Assembly: GCA_964016885.1 (NCBI GenBank)
Contig: OZ024741.1
Span: 359,104,001 to 359,168,000, forward strand
DNA from: Eledone cirrhosa
Taxonomy: Eukaryota
Reading direction: 5' to 3'
DNA length: 64,000 nucleotides
Shown: positions 27,285 through 39,327 of the stretch, piece after piece
How positions within the stretch are numbered: the first letter of the stretch is position 1
How the letters are laid out: each line of letters opens with the position of its first letter
Made by a program: the position numbers and the translations under genes
Notes under the pieces: model-generated
Told to the model about the DNA's origin: nothing
Databases searched by the model: none
What the model saw: the letters and a program-made list of their open reading frames with translations, nothing else

Positions 27285-27700
27285 ATCATCATCATCGTTT
27301 AACGTCCATTTTCTACGCTAGCATGGGTTAGACGGATTGTCCCATTAGAGGCAAGTTGGGTCATGTGATTGTGTCTTGCTCATATAGGACTGTTTCTGGC
27401 TAGATTTCTATGGCTGGATACCCTTCCCAATGCCAACCACATTTACAATGTGTGCTGGGTGCTTTTTGTCATGACTCCTACATGACCACTGTACAGTGTG
27501 GGCTGGGTGCTTTTAATCGCGACACCTACACAACCACCTTACAGGTGGGCTGGGTGCTTTTTGTCATGACACCTACACCATCAGTTTACAGTCTAGGCTG
27601 GGTACTTTTTGTTGCGACACCTACATGACCACTTTACAGTGTGGGCTGGATGCTTTTGTAATACCAATATAATTTTACAGCGTAATGGTGGTGTGGACAG
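27285..27700 (-). mobile_element. RTE 3'UTR-only copy; similar copies at ~28790-28975, 39845-40150, 41845-42065, 42870-43200
   Basis: Shared motifs catcatcgtttaacgtcc, gcatgggttagacgg, ctggatgcccttcctaa and tttacagtgtg. Confidence 0.75.
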
Positions 27701-29399
27701 AAGTGGGGGGGTGATATAGGGGCTTGGGGGTGCATGGAAGGGGGTATAGTGGTTAAGTGATATATATATATATATATAGTGATAACAAGGGAGGTGAGTG
27801 TGTGTGTGTGTATGTGTTAATTATCAGGAAATATCTGAAGAAAGTTCTGAAGAAATTAATACAAAGATGAAGGCAAGCTTGGCGCTAAACATAAATTGGA
27901 TAACTTTTAATAAGTGATACCATAATTCTTTATTCTTTATTCCAGAAACCTCTGTAGAGTAAGTTACATGTGTGATGTTGTGTTTTTTGCTCTGATATTT
28001 AGTGAAAAAACAGCTTCTAATCTTGTCTGGAATTTTTTGGCACCGAACTGAAACAGAAGGTTAACTGTGAATGATGTTGAAATATGTTTATGATGTGAAA
28101 ACCTGACAGTCTGAACAGGTGAACAGTGAAGAAAATAAGGGAGAAAGAAGAAAACGTAGAGGAAGAATCACCACAAGCCACATGAGTGTGTGTGTGTATG
28201 CGTGCACGTGGAGGGCATCCAGCCGTAGAAACCATGCCAAATATGAAATGTAACAACAAGATAAGCTGTTCCAACTCAGACCGTGACAGCCAGTCCAACC
28301 TATACTAGTGTAGAAAGCAGGTTTAAAATGATGCGTACATATATGTATGTGTGTATGTGTGGCTATATACCATATGACAGATGACACACCTACCCATTCA
28401 GGTGGGATAGAACAAGCATGGGGACATCAAATGACATTTAGTCTCCTGCTAGCCAACATGCTTTCCATTCCCTCCCAACTTCTGTCTACATTTCCCACAT
28501 CAATCCCCATTTACTCACCAAGTGACCCTTCCACTCACACCCCACAAGTATTTCCTCATCCAATTTATTTCCCTATGGAAGAAAGATCCGTTCCCTACTC
28601 CCACCCACATCTCTGTTTCTTGTCCAACCCATGCCAGCATAGAAAGCCAGGCACGACATACCAGCAGATGCAACTCTCTTCAAAACCACTTTCATGATTC
28701 TATACTTCCATTCCAACAGGGGTATGTAAGATAGTAGTCTGGTGCCACAAAAACAAAAGGAAACTCCTACTCCATTTTGTAAGGTGATAGTGCCAGAATC
28801 AGGATAACATTTTCCCAATACACACTGTAAAGTATTTGGCATTAAGAATGGTACCCAGCCATAGAAACCAAGCCAAAAATGGAGCACATAAGCAAGACAG
28901 TCACCTGACCACTCAAGCCATGACAACTCATTGAACACATTCAAGCATGGAAAACAGTGATGATGATCATCATGATATATAACTAGCTAATTAAATGTGA
29001 TAAGTCGATAGAGAGACATTTTGCTGTGAGCCATGAGATAAAGAAAGTTAAAAGTTGGTCAATATGAACTATAAAATAATAAAGCCAATATATAATGGAG
29101 ATGACAGGATTTAAGTTAAGTGATAGAATGATTAGCTCAGATTTATTTAAGCCTTATTCAAATTATATTTTCATTCTTGTTTTTGTTGTTAGTTTACATT
29201 TATATTACCACATTCTTATTAGTTTATTGCTTTCATTGGTGTCATAAAACTGGCCATTCTGTGGCACCATATTATAAGGATTTTAACCGATCATATCAAG
29301 CTAAGTACTTATTTTTTCAAGTCTAGTATTTATTTTACTGCTTTCATTTTATTTTAACTGCTATATTATGGGACATAAACACAGAGACACAGATATATA

Positions 29400-29556
29400 T
29401 ACAAGCTTTTGCATTTTCCATCTACTAAATTTTATTCACAAGGCATTGATCAACCTGAGGTTACAGTAGAAGACCAAGATACCATGCAGTGAGACTGAAC
29501 CTGAAACCACATGGTAGTGAAGAAAACTCTTTAACCACACAGCCATGCCTGCACCT
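29400..29556 (-). mobile_element. tRNA-derived CORE-like SINE; related copies at ~34750-34890(-), 51045-51200(+), 54505-54655(+)
   Basis: Head gcaggcatggctgtgtggttaa (A box) and ggttcagtc (B-box-like), with a body shared among the copies. Confidence 0.65.
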
Positions 29557-30205
29557 TATATATATATGATAAATATACATTTTTCAAATAATGAAAGGGG
29601 AAAGGGTCCATAACAACAGAATAATTTTATAAAATTCCTTCAAGTTTTTCAATGACTTGAAATAAATTGAAATAACTTGAAATAAATTGAAATGCAGTGT
29701 TATCAGAAATATGATCACAAAAGGGTTAACCATTTCATAATCATATTTCTCATAAAATGCACCATTTCAATTAATTATTGAATTTAGGAGGATTTATTAA
29801 CATGAATAATTATTTCATTATGAAGAGAGTAACTTAACATATTGTACTTATACAAAATTATGTTGAAAGATTTTAATTTAAATAGGAATCTTTTAAAATA
29901 GGAGGTTTTGTTTCATAGGTCTGACATGATATGCAGAATGACACATGCAGATTACATCCCTGTAATCTTCTAAGGCTTCCCACAGACTTCCTGTAGACAG
30001 GCTGTCATGCATGAACGGCATCTGTACCAGACTGGCATAATTTACCATCTTGACCAACTGGTGACAGTAAACGTTGCTGAATTCTAGGTCACCTACCCAC
30101 TGGGATTTGACCAAACACAATTTAACATGATAAAATCGATGATGACATTTCTTCTAACAAAGTCTGTGACAGCCTAAATATAACAACATTTGGACATACA
30201 AGAAC

Positions 30206-30297
30206 ACATATCTGAGTAGCTTCCGATTCCTGAGTCAGGAACGAACCTTATTCAATCATTCCTTGAGGTGATCGTCAGTGAAACATATGTAATATGT
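30206..30297 (+). ncRNA. Type I hammerhead-like motif with enlarged stem II and one core substitution
   Basis: acatat-CTGAGTA-(61 nt, closing gct/agt)-GAAA-catatg-TA^atatgt. 6-bp stem I, palindromic stem III ACATATGT; G8 reads T. Confidence 0.55.
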
Positions 30298-30440
30298 AAT
30301 TAAATATGTATATGATGCAATACTGATTCTTTGTTCCCATTTATTATTATTGATACTCTGCTCCCCAAGAGCATCGAGTGTTCATCTCGGCATATCACCT
30401 GTGAACGCAATTCAATTGCACCTCTTCTACCTATATATAT

Positions 30441-30707
30441 ATCATCATCATCATCGTTTTACGTCCATTCTCCCATGCTAGCATGGGTTAGACGGGTTGT
30501 CCTGTTGTGGGCAGTGTCTGGTCGGCTGACCATGCCTTGCTCATACAGGGACTGATTTTGGCTTCATTTCTACAGCTGGATGCCCTTCCTAACACCAACC
30601 TCATTTACAGTGTGGGCTGGGTGCTTTTTTGCCATGGCACCTCCACGACCACCTTGCAGTGGGAGGGTGTGGGGGCATATTGTCTATATGCTTCAGCTTG
30701 TACCCAT

Positions 30708-30755
<48 letters not shown>

Positions 30756-31762
30756 TCATCATCATCATCATTTTTTCCCATGCTTGGACAGGTCCTCTTC
30801 AGCACAGCATCTCTCAGTTCCAGCAATTTGAGGTCAGCTCTGACAACCTTTGACCAGGTCTTTCTCAGTCTACCTCTACTACGGCTTCCTTCCATTGACA
30901 TTTCCTGGCACTTCTTCACCCTCCTCCACTGCTAGATAGCAGGAGCTACCTAGTGACACTTCTATGGACTCTTCCAATGAGTTGAAGATGTTTATATCCC
31001 TGATGCTCTTCCCCACAATTACCCCTGTGCATCTTCTACATACAAGGTCTTCCTTTCCTGTTAGTCTACCACTACATCTCTTGTGTACCCAAGATTTATA
31101 TTGTGGACATTGTATGCCTACTCTTTTTCTACATATGGAGCAGGGCCACTCCCTGGGGGGATCAGAGTCCTATTTTCTTTCCTATTCACTAGCACTTTAG
31201 TTTTGGCTAAGTTTATTCTCAGATCCCTTGATCATCTGCATGGAGAAGTTCCCATGGACAGCCAGTTTTAATCTCCTCTGTAGCCTGGAGAAATATGATG
31301 AACAGCAATGGGCTAAGAACTGAACCTTGATGAACTGCTCCCTGTACCTTGAATTCCTCACTAAAGTCACTTCCTACTCTCACTTTACTGATAGATCCTC
31401 TGTACATGGCTTACACTGCATTCACAAGCCATTCTTCTACATCTAATTTCCTTAAGGACCACCAGATAATGGATTGAGGTACTTTGTCAAATGCTTTTTC
31501 TATATCAAAAGCTAAATATAATGGTTTATTCTTGGGTAGGAACTTCTTTTGTAGTTTCCACACTAAGAACAGGGCATCAGTAGTGGTTTTCCCAGGCATG
31601 AAACCAAACTACATCTTGTCTAATTAGACTCTTTCCATCACTTTCATATCTTGCTACATTAGTTTTATTCCTCTGTAGTTGCTCCTTTCTAGAGCATCAT
31701 CTTTAACCTCTCGTAGTAATTTATGATTATACTGCTGTGTCATTGGGTATGACTCCGTCCTG
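30441..31762 (-). mobile_element. Degenerate RTE fragments (3'UTR and RT), interrupted by (TA)n
   Basis: [12 protein letters not shown]...IEKAFDKV; [12 protein letters not shown]...WELLHADD; remnants of the PHD-type finger. Confidence 0.85.
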
Positions 31763-31789
31763 TATGTATATATATGTGTGTGTGTGTGT

Positions 31790-32430
31790 CAAAAATATAC
31801 GGAAAAAAACAACAGACAATGAGGGTCAATAAAAATATATATTAGTTTCATGCTTAATATAGTAGGAATCATCTCAATGTTTCAGACACTAGTCCTTCAT
31901 CAGATTATAGAATGAGAAATAAAAGAAAAAATAGAAAGATAGAGGAGAGTCAGTAGGGGCAGAAACAAATAGGATTTCTTCAAGAAAAAGCTATATATAT
32001 ATACATATATATATATGTATGTATGTAAAAGGTAAACAGAAATAACAAGACAATCGGTACAGTATATGGAAGGTATATATTAGGTTAAAGCTTGATATAG
32101 CAGAAAGAGGGTCTTAACGTTTCGGACGTTAGTCCTTCAGAAGAAGAAAGAATGAGAAATAAAATAGATTAGGGGAACAGGCAGGATGGATGTGGAAAAA
32201 ATGTCTTTAGATAAAAATCGTGTTTTGGTGAAGATGAGGTTGGAGAGATGCAGGGAGGATTGGATGCATATAGGGGGAGAGGTTGGAGGAAGAGGTTGAG
32301 AGTAGAATGGAGCTGGCGGAGAAAAGATTTGAGATTGGGCATATTGAAGGTACTAAGGGTGGGAGTGAAAAATAGAGCGCTGAGATGAATGTAGTAGAGG
32401 AAAAGTGGTAGAGAGTCGTGGAATATTTAA
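31790..32430 (-). mobile_element. Two related Penelope-like terminal fragments with degenerate hammerhead motifs
   Basis: Minus strand CTGATGAaggactagtgtctGAAAcatt (~31876-31903) and cttCTGAaggactaacgtccGAAAcgttaaga (~32113-32147); each fragment ends in a microsatellite. Confidence 0.45.
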
Positions 32431-32461
32431 ACGCAAGAAGCAAAGAAAATTTCTTCTTCAC

Positions 32462-32735
32462 CTACTTATTTCTGAAAGGGTCGTGGGGGCAAAGTCCTTC
32501 CAGCGGGTCCTGTCAAAAGCAACCACCTCCAACTGAACTGGTTGGATCCCCAAGATCATGGACGTTATCCAAGCATTTTGGTCAGGGTCTACCACTGGAT
32601 CTCCTGTCAGTTGGTTTTGCCTGTAGAATCTGTCCAACAATATTTTCCTGAGACATTCTAATCAGATGTCCATAGTAATGGAGCTGTGATCTCTCAATTT
32701 GGAGAAGTAGCTGCTCTACCTGAGATTCCTTAAGG
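32462..32735 (-). mobile_element. 3' fragment of a different RTE-like LINE
   Basis: VEQLLLQIERSQLHYYGHLIRM...RRSSGRP; adjoins an (AAG)n tract at 32742-32862. Confidence 0.7.
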
Positions 32736-33193
32736 GCATTTAGAAGAAAAAGAAGAAAAAAAAGAAAAAGAAGAAAAAGAAAAAAAAGAAAAAGAAGAAA
32801 AAAAGAAAAAGAAGAAAAAGAAGAGGAAAAAAGAAGAAGAAGAGGATAAAGAAGAAGAAGAGGAGTGATGTTGTTCCACAGAAGCAGTTCTAGGAGGATT
32901 GTTATCAAAAGGATTAAAGATCTATGAGAAAATATTTCTAATCTTGCTCTAAATAAGTTTTTGAATTTGCCAAGAACTGTTACGTGACCAGTATAGATGC
33001 CTGTTTCTACAGATATATAATCAGGTCTTTTAGTGCAAAATATACTGGAATGGCATGCTGCCTCCACTAGCTTGCAGTAGTCTGTAGAACTTATATTGCC
33101 AGAATTTCAATCTGACAGTCAAAAACATTTTGTGTAGTTGTTTAGAATCCTGTCTGATGTTTTATCGCGATTCTCCATACCCTATTTATCAAA

Positions 33194-33520
33194 GGCTTGT
33201 GGCTTAGTGGTTGGGATATTAAAATCATAACTGAAAGATCATGAGTTCAATTCCTGGGTTAAGTAGCATGTTTATGTCCACTTTATTTCATGTTGCTCCA
33301 GTCCACTCAACTGGAAAAAATGAGTTGCGATGACACTGTTACCAAACTGTATCACCCTTTACCTTTCTCTTGGACAACATCGGTGATATGAAAGGGGAAG
33401 ACTGGCATGCATGGGCGACTGCTGATCTACACCAAAACACCTTATCCAGGCTTGCACATTAGAGAAGAAATTTCCAAATGCAAACCCATGGTCAGGCATG
33501 AATGAATTGGGTCCTCTAAA
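33194..33520 (+). mobile_element. tRNA-derived SINE; the 3' part recurs inverted at ~54965-55183
   Basis: A box tggcttagtgg and B box gagttcaattcc; body shared with 54965-55183. Confidence 0.65.
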
Positions 33521-35465
33521 CCATTTTATATGTTGCTCTATTACTTTGTATTATGTTCTACCATTTCATCTGGTATTCTACCATGTCAGCCATCCACTGC
33601 CTGGTGAGATTTAAAATAATAAATCTTTTACAGTCTACAGAAATGATGGCTATATTTCATACATAATTCTAACTAGACTAATACATATTTGCATGTGTGT
33701 GGTGATCAAACAGAAGCAATACCGGGTAGAAGTACATGACAATCTCTCTAGTTTAGGTGCCACTTTAAAATACACCCAGTACTGTCTGTAAAGTAGTTAG
33801 TGTCAGGAGAGACATCCTGCTATAGAAACCCTGTTAAAATATGCAATGTTTGAGCAAAGTATGGTATGTAAACTGTCATGCCTCCTTCCTACCATGAAAA
33901 CCCATTCATCCTATGCCAGGGAGGGAGGGTGAAGAGGTTGTCAGTGTCTACTCACAGTTGCATGGAAGCATACAGTTCTTAGTGAAAATGTGGCACATAC
34001 TACTAAGTCATACTCGATTGCAAGTGACGGCTGTAACTAGTTATATATATATACATAGTTGGATCGATCATAAATGAAGCTCTTGAAATGTGTAGAGCCA
34101 ACAAGCAAGTAGTAATATTAATGTTTGAATCATAAATCTAAAGAAGTCAGATGAGAAAATAGCAGTTTTATAGAAGAAACCATATTTTTTTCTCACAAAA
34201 CAGCACAATTTAGAAAGTGTATGAGCAAATATCAGTGTGTTAAATAAATAGATAGAGAATGCAGGCAAGGTGGGAATCTTGATAGAGCAGCAGAGAAAAC
34301 ATTAAATATGTGTGTACATATCTATGTATATAGATATGTACACATATACACACACTAACACAAAAGCACACAACTGCATAAATGCAAACACAAAAGCTCA
34401 CATGCACTAACACGTTAACACAGACATGCACACATATACACTCACACACATACAAGTACATGTTCGATTTACACAGTGACATAAGAATATATGTAAAGAA
34501 ATAGGGATTTATATATATGAGAATGAGAGATTACAGATTAAGAAATGTTTAGAAAAAAGTATTATGAAATATGAAGAGAAATTATGATGGAAGGTTTTTA
34601 GATAAATGCAGAGAAAAATAGAGAAACCAACCCCTGTACTCAGTATTCTACTGACATGTGTACCCTTAATAATATTCATAGACAGAAATGGTATGATAAA
34701 ATATGTGACAAGGCTGGACCTTTGAATTACAAGTACAGTCCATCCAACAGCTTTCACACAGTTTCTGTTTACTCAATTTCACTCGTAGATTTGGGTTGCC
34801 CTGAGGCTATGGTAAAAGACACATGCCTGAGATGCTGCACAGTCGGACCAAACTCAGAATTTCATGATTGTTAACAATTTAACCATGCTTCTGTCAATTA
34901 GGTTGTGGTCGTAATGGCTTATTATGCAACATATTCATGAAGTTTTTTATATTTTATCAAATATTTTGAGTAACTTTTTCATATAAGAGTAACTTTTTCA
35001 TATAAGACTCTCTCTGTAAGTTCATTAAATAAATTTTTTTATTTATTTTCCAATTTTCAATTTATTATTTTTTTATTTAATTTCATCCTATAACTCGTAA
35101 CTAAGTTTTACGTTCCAATTTTCTGTTCACATTTTAGACCATACAGACACCCATTATATATACCTTTGTTAAAATATAGATTCTGTAGAATAACATTTTT
35201 CGTGGCATTTTCTAGCTTGACTGTAGTGTGACCCTTATGCTGACTTCTTTCTTTTTCTTCTTTCTCTCTCCTTTTTTATTCTTTGACAGAGAGGTGGTAG
35301 TACATTATGAGCCTTCGCCCCCTCACCAGATGGTCATTAGCAGAACGAGTAGCCATCACTTTGAGGGCGACTGGCCGAGGTGAAGGTAGCTAGTTGGTCA
35401 GTCGTCCTCTTTGTCTCTGATTTTTCGGACCCATGGTTTTTACATATTCCTTTGTTATATTTCAA

Positions 35466-35523
35466 ATACCTGATGAAATCACCGGATTCATATGGAACCC
35501 GGTCATTGAAATGATCATAGTAT
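35466..35523 (+). ncRNA. Minimal type I hammerhead ribozyme with intact core
   Basis: atac-CTGATGA-aatcaccggattc(atatg)gaacccggtcatt-GAAA-tgatca-TA^gtat. Palindromic stem III ATGATCAT; AATAAA immediately after at 35524-35529. Confidence 0.8.
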
Positions 35524-36287
35524 AATAAACCTTTCAAGGATTTACACCAGTCCAGCCTCCTGTTATTTTTCTTGATAATTAACTCCGTATTCGCACCACC
35601 AACTACACAAACGAAGACGGGTGAACTGCACTACGTTGAGTACTCTCCACAATATTACACCAAGATTGACCATACGGAATTCTATCCAGTGGTGAACCAA
35701 CAAACCTAAAGATATATATATATATATAAATATATATACATATATTTGACATGATTACATGTGTGTATAGTCAATGCTTAGAATTTTATACACATTCAAG
35801 CACCATTGATTAAACATTTCATTACCATATTTCTAATGACATACACTGAATTTCAATTAATCAATGAAGAATTTAGAGGGATTTACTAAATTATTAATTA
35901 TTTCATTATTAAAATGGTAATTGTAACTTAACAATATGCTTTTTATATAAAATTATGTTTGATGATTTTAATATAAATAGGAACCCTCTGAAATGGGTAA
36001 TTTTGTTTCTTGGAACCAAAGCTGGTTTAGCCCTTTAGTATTTAAACCGGCCATATCCAGCTAGAATTCCTTTACCTCTTTCTATTCAAACTGGCTGTAA
36101 CCAGCTGCTCAAACTGATGTTAAGGTATTGTTCTCAAAATAAATAATATCAAAATCTCATAGATTCAATATTATGTGAGATGATTATGTAAGATAAAACC
36201 TTTACCATGAAAATATGATACTAAATTTGGAGTAATGTAAGCCAGGTTGGTATCAAAATGGTTCAACCTGTACTGTATACGTTCCAC

Positions 36288-37463
36288 TGATGGCAGCTGA
36301 TGGGTGGATGTTGTTTACCTTGACTTTGCTAAAGATTTTAATTCTGTGCCACACAAAAGACTTACGGCAAAACTCTCTGCAATGGGTGTGAAGGATGATC
36401 GTTTTAACTGGTTGAAGTCCTTCATTCTCAGTCAAAGAGAGGTAGTCATGGTTCACCTCACCGTATGCGATGTCATCTGGTGTACCACAGGATCTGTTCT
36501 TGATCCCATTTTGTTTGTGGTGTATATTAATGATATAGATGCCAACTTAGAGAACAGTACTGAAATATGCAGATGACATCAAGCTGTACCTTGAGATAAA
36601 AAGGGGAGATTCTGAACACTATGGATATTTCCTGCAATCAGACCTGGACACAATGCAGCAATGGATCACGGACTGGCAATTCAAGCTGGCTTTGGACAAA
36701 TGTACCACCATGCATTTTGGGAGTAAAAACCCAGCGTCCACATACTCCCTCCACAACACTAATATGAAGAAGTCTTCTTGTGAACGTGACCTGGGCATTA
36801 CTGTCAGTAGCAATTTGCGTTGGACGAAGCACATCTCTAAATTGTCAAGAGGGCCGAGGGTGTGTTAGCATCACTCAGCAAGACCTTTGTCAGCCGCTCT
36901 CCAGCTATCTTTTTAAAGCTGTATATAGCTATGGTGCAGCCACACATAGAATTTGAACCTCTACCTTGCTCAGAACATTGACCTCCTGGAAACTGTTCAG
37001 AGACGTGCAACCAAGCGAATACTCTCCATCAGGCATCTACCATACTCTGAACGCCTTGCTTCCCTGGGCATGGATACATTGAAGCTCCAACGTCTAGCAA
37101 CTGACTTGGTAAACACCCACAAAATTATAAACCATCTTGCCAACAACAACCTTCTTGATTTCCATGTGTCTAACACACGTGGGCATGCCAACAAAGTCAG
37201 AAAACATCACTGTTCCCATGACTTTCAGAAACATTTTTTGATGCTCAGAGTTGCTGAAGCATGGAACAAACTACCTGCATCAGTTGTTAGCTGTCGAGAC
37301 ACTGCATCCTTTAAAACCTCCATGCTTCCTGAAATTTGCCAACACTATACCTGATATACACATGCACACATGTATATCATGACTCATATACTGTTCATTT
37401 TCCTGACATTTGTACATTATTCTCTGTACTATACATGCACCTGAGCTCTGTACACAATAATTG

Positions 37464-37500
<37 letters not shown>
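36288..37500 (+). mobile_element. CR1-clade LINE, 5'-truncated RT pseudogene with (ATT)n tail
   Basis: DVVYLDFAKDFNSVPH, SGVPQGSVL, YADDIK, ERDLGI, ETVQRRATK, NTRGH, RVAEAWNKLP; several frameshifts. Confidence 0.92.
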
Positions 37501-37503
<3 letters not shown>

Positions 37504-38663
37504 TTCAGCTGCTTAGTGCACAATTTAACTCTTAACATCCTGAAATGATTTAGTAGAAAATGAAAATACCTAAATGTATTCATATGTAAATAATAATACT
37601 ATTATAATATCATTATTAATATTCGGTTTGCTTTCAAGCAAACAGCCTCATAAACACCATGTGTTAGATGACCAATGTCATCATTTTGTTCCAACAGTAG
37701 CTGAGAAAAAACAATCAACAAAGGTTTCACAGTTTTTGCTCCTTGTTGAGATTGTGTATTCTCGTCACTGCTACCTACTGGAACGACTGAGAATATCTAA
37801 TTCAAATGTTACTGATGGACAAATTGTTGTGAAGTTTTGCAGTGTTAGAGTAAAGAGTAAACATTTTAATAATTAATGTGATGGGGCAGTAGCTTTCAAG
37901 AATGCCTTGCTATTGAGGTTTCATATGACACACAACATTAAGAGTTAATATGATAAACTAAACTTCCAAAGTGCTAATAATAGACAAATTGAACTATGAG
38001 GCCCTGGCCAGCAATACACTTACTCCATATGAAAATCCAGGAGAGGAGATACCCCTCAAGATTAATGGAGTGGTGGGGGTCAGGAGAATCCACTTTCTCA
38101 CTCACCTACATCTTGTAGCAAATAATGATTATATAATTACTCAATACTGCTTATACTGCACACGTGACATGTGCAGCTGTTTGTTGCAGAAGAACATAAT
38201 GATATTGTTAACAATGACAATTTACCAAAGTAGCAACAGCCTGCTTTGCAATTATTGAAGTAAGAAATTATACATAGTCTGGTATGTAGGTGTGAACTTG
38301 TTATTTTTTGTGAGTGAGTACTCGTGCCTGTGTGAGTATGTATGCATATGCATATATAAATATACATATATATACATATATAAATATACATAAACATATA
38401 TATACATATATAAATATACATAAACATATATATACATATATAAATATACAAACATATATATACATATATAATGTGATCTGTATAGAATGTTTTCTAACGT
38501 CCACACTTCTTTTCACTATATATATATATAAATTATATCTGTATATACACAGTGTGTAACCAAGACTGTACCAATGTGTATATAAATATACACACTTTTA
38601 TTATGAAGATATGTAAATATGCCAGAAAATACGAATCTTCCTGTCAATTGAAAAGAATGATGA

Positions 38664-38712
38664 ACACCTTTAATCGATTTTCAGACCTAAGTGGGCTCTC
38701 ATCAGAAGGCAT
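38664..38712 (-). ncRNA. Minimal type I hammerhead ribozyme
   Basis: atgcctt-CTGATGA-g-agccc(actta)ggtct-GAAA-atcgat-TA^aaggtgt. 7-bp stem I (2 GU pairs), palindromic stem III AATCGATT, one stem II mismatch. Confidence 0.7.
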
Positions 38713-39054
38713 GTATGTCATCTAAACAAAGAAACATGTATTTGATGGGATTATATACCCATTCACTCTCAGTAGTTGTCTGAAATAGGCATATAATTAG
38801 CACTCATGTTGGTAGTTAATTAAGATATATATTAAGAAGTGTGCTAAGAAGTGTGCTAAGCAGCCAAAGTGTACGATAAAGTTATATTTGTATATAAAAA
38901 GAATGGCTCACAGAGACTGCACGAATGTGTATATAAATATGCACTTTTTATATGCAGACATGTTACCCAGTCTGTATATATATACAGATATAAATTTATC
39001 ACACAATCACCCAGACGTATACACACACATGCTTACATAGCATACACATACATA

Positions 39055-39327
39055 CAGGGCTGGTGCCAGACTATTTGGCACCCTAGGTAAGGTTAGATTC
39101 TGGCGGCCCCAAAGGAAAATATCAATTTCAAAATTTATAAACAATAAATTTTGTTTAAATGTTTTTTTAAACATTTATTAGTCCCTGTAAAAAAACGACC
39201 CTCAATAAAACTGAAATATATTTATTATTTATTTTTCAAAATTGTTGTTGATTTGGAGAAATGAGCCCCCTGAAATCAGTGTTTATAGGCAGCTGACTAG
39301 TTTGCCTATATGGTAGCGCCGACTCTA
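39055..39327. mobile_element. Degenerate MITE (possibly hAT-like)
   Basis: Imperfect inverted termini cagggctggtgcca / tagcgccgactcta around an AT-rich interior. Confidence 0.35.

Noticed and set aside
35470-35706. Possible minus-strand coding exon (tttag|...cag|gtattt)
   Set aside because: Stops occur in all three frames; the region is better explained as a plus-strand hammerhead-bearing element.
37574-38280. Short ORFs and splice-like sites in unique-looking sequence
   Set aside because: No recognisable motif, and frames close quickly.
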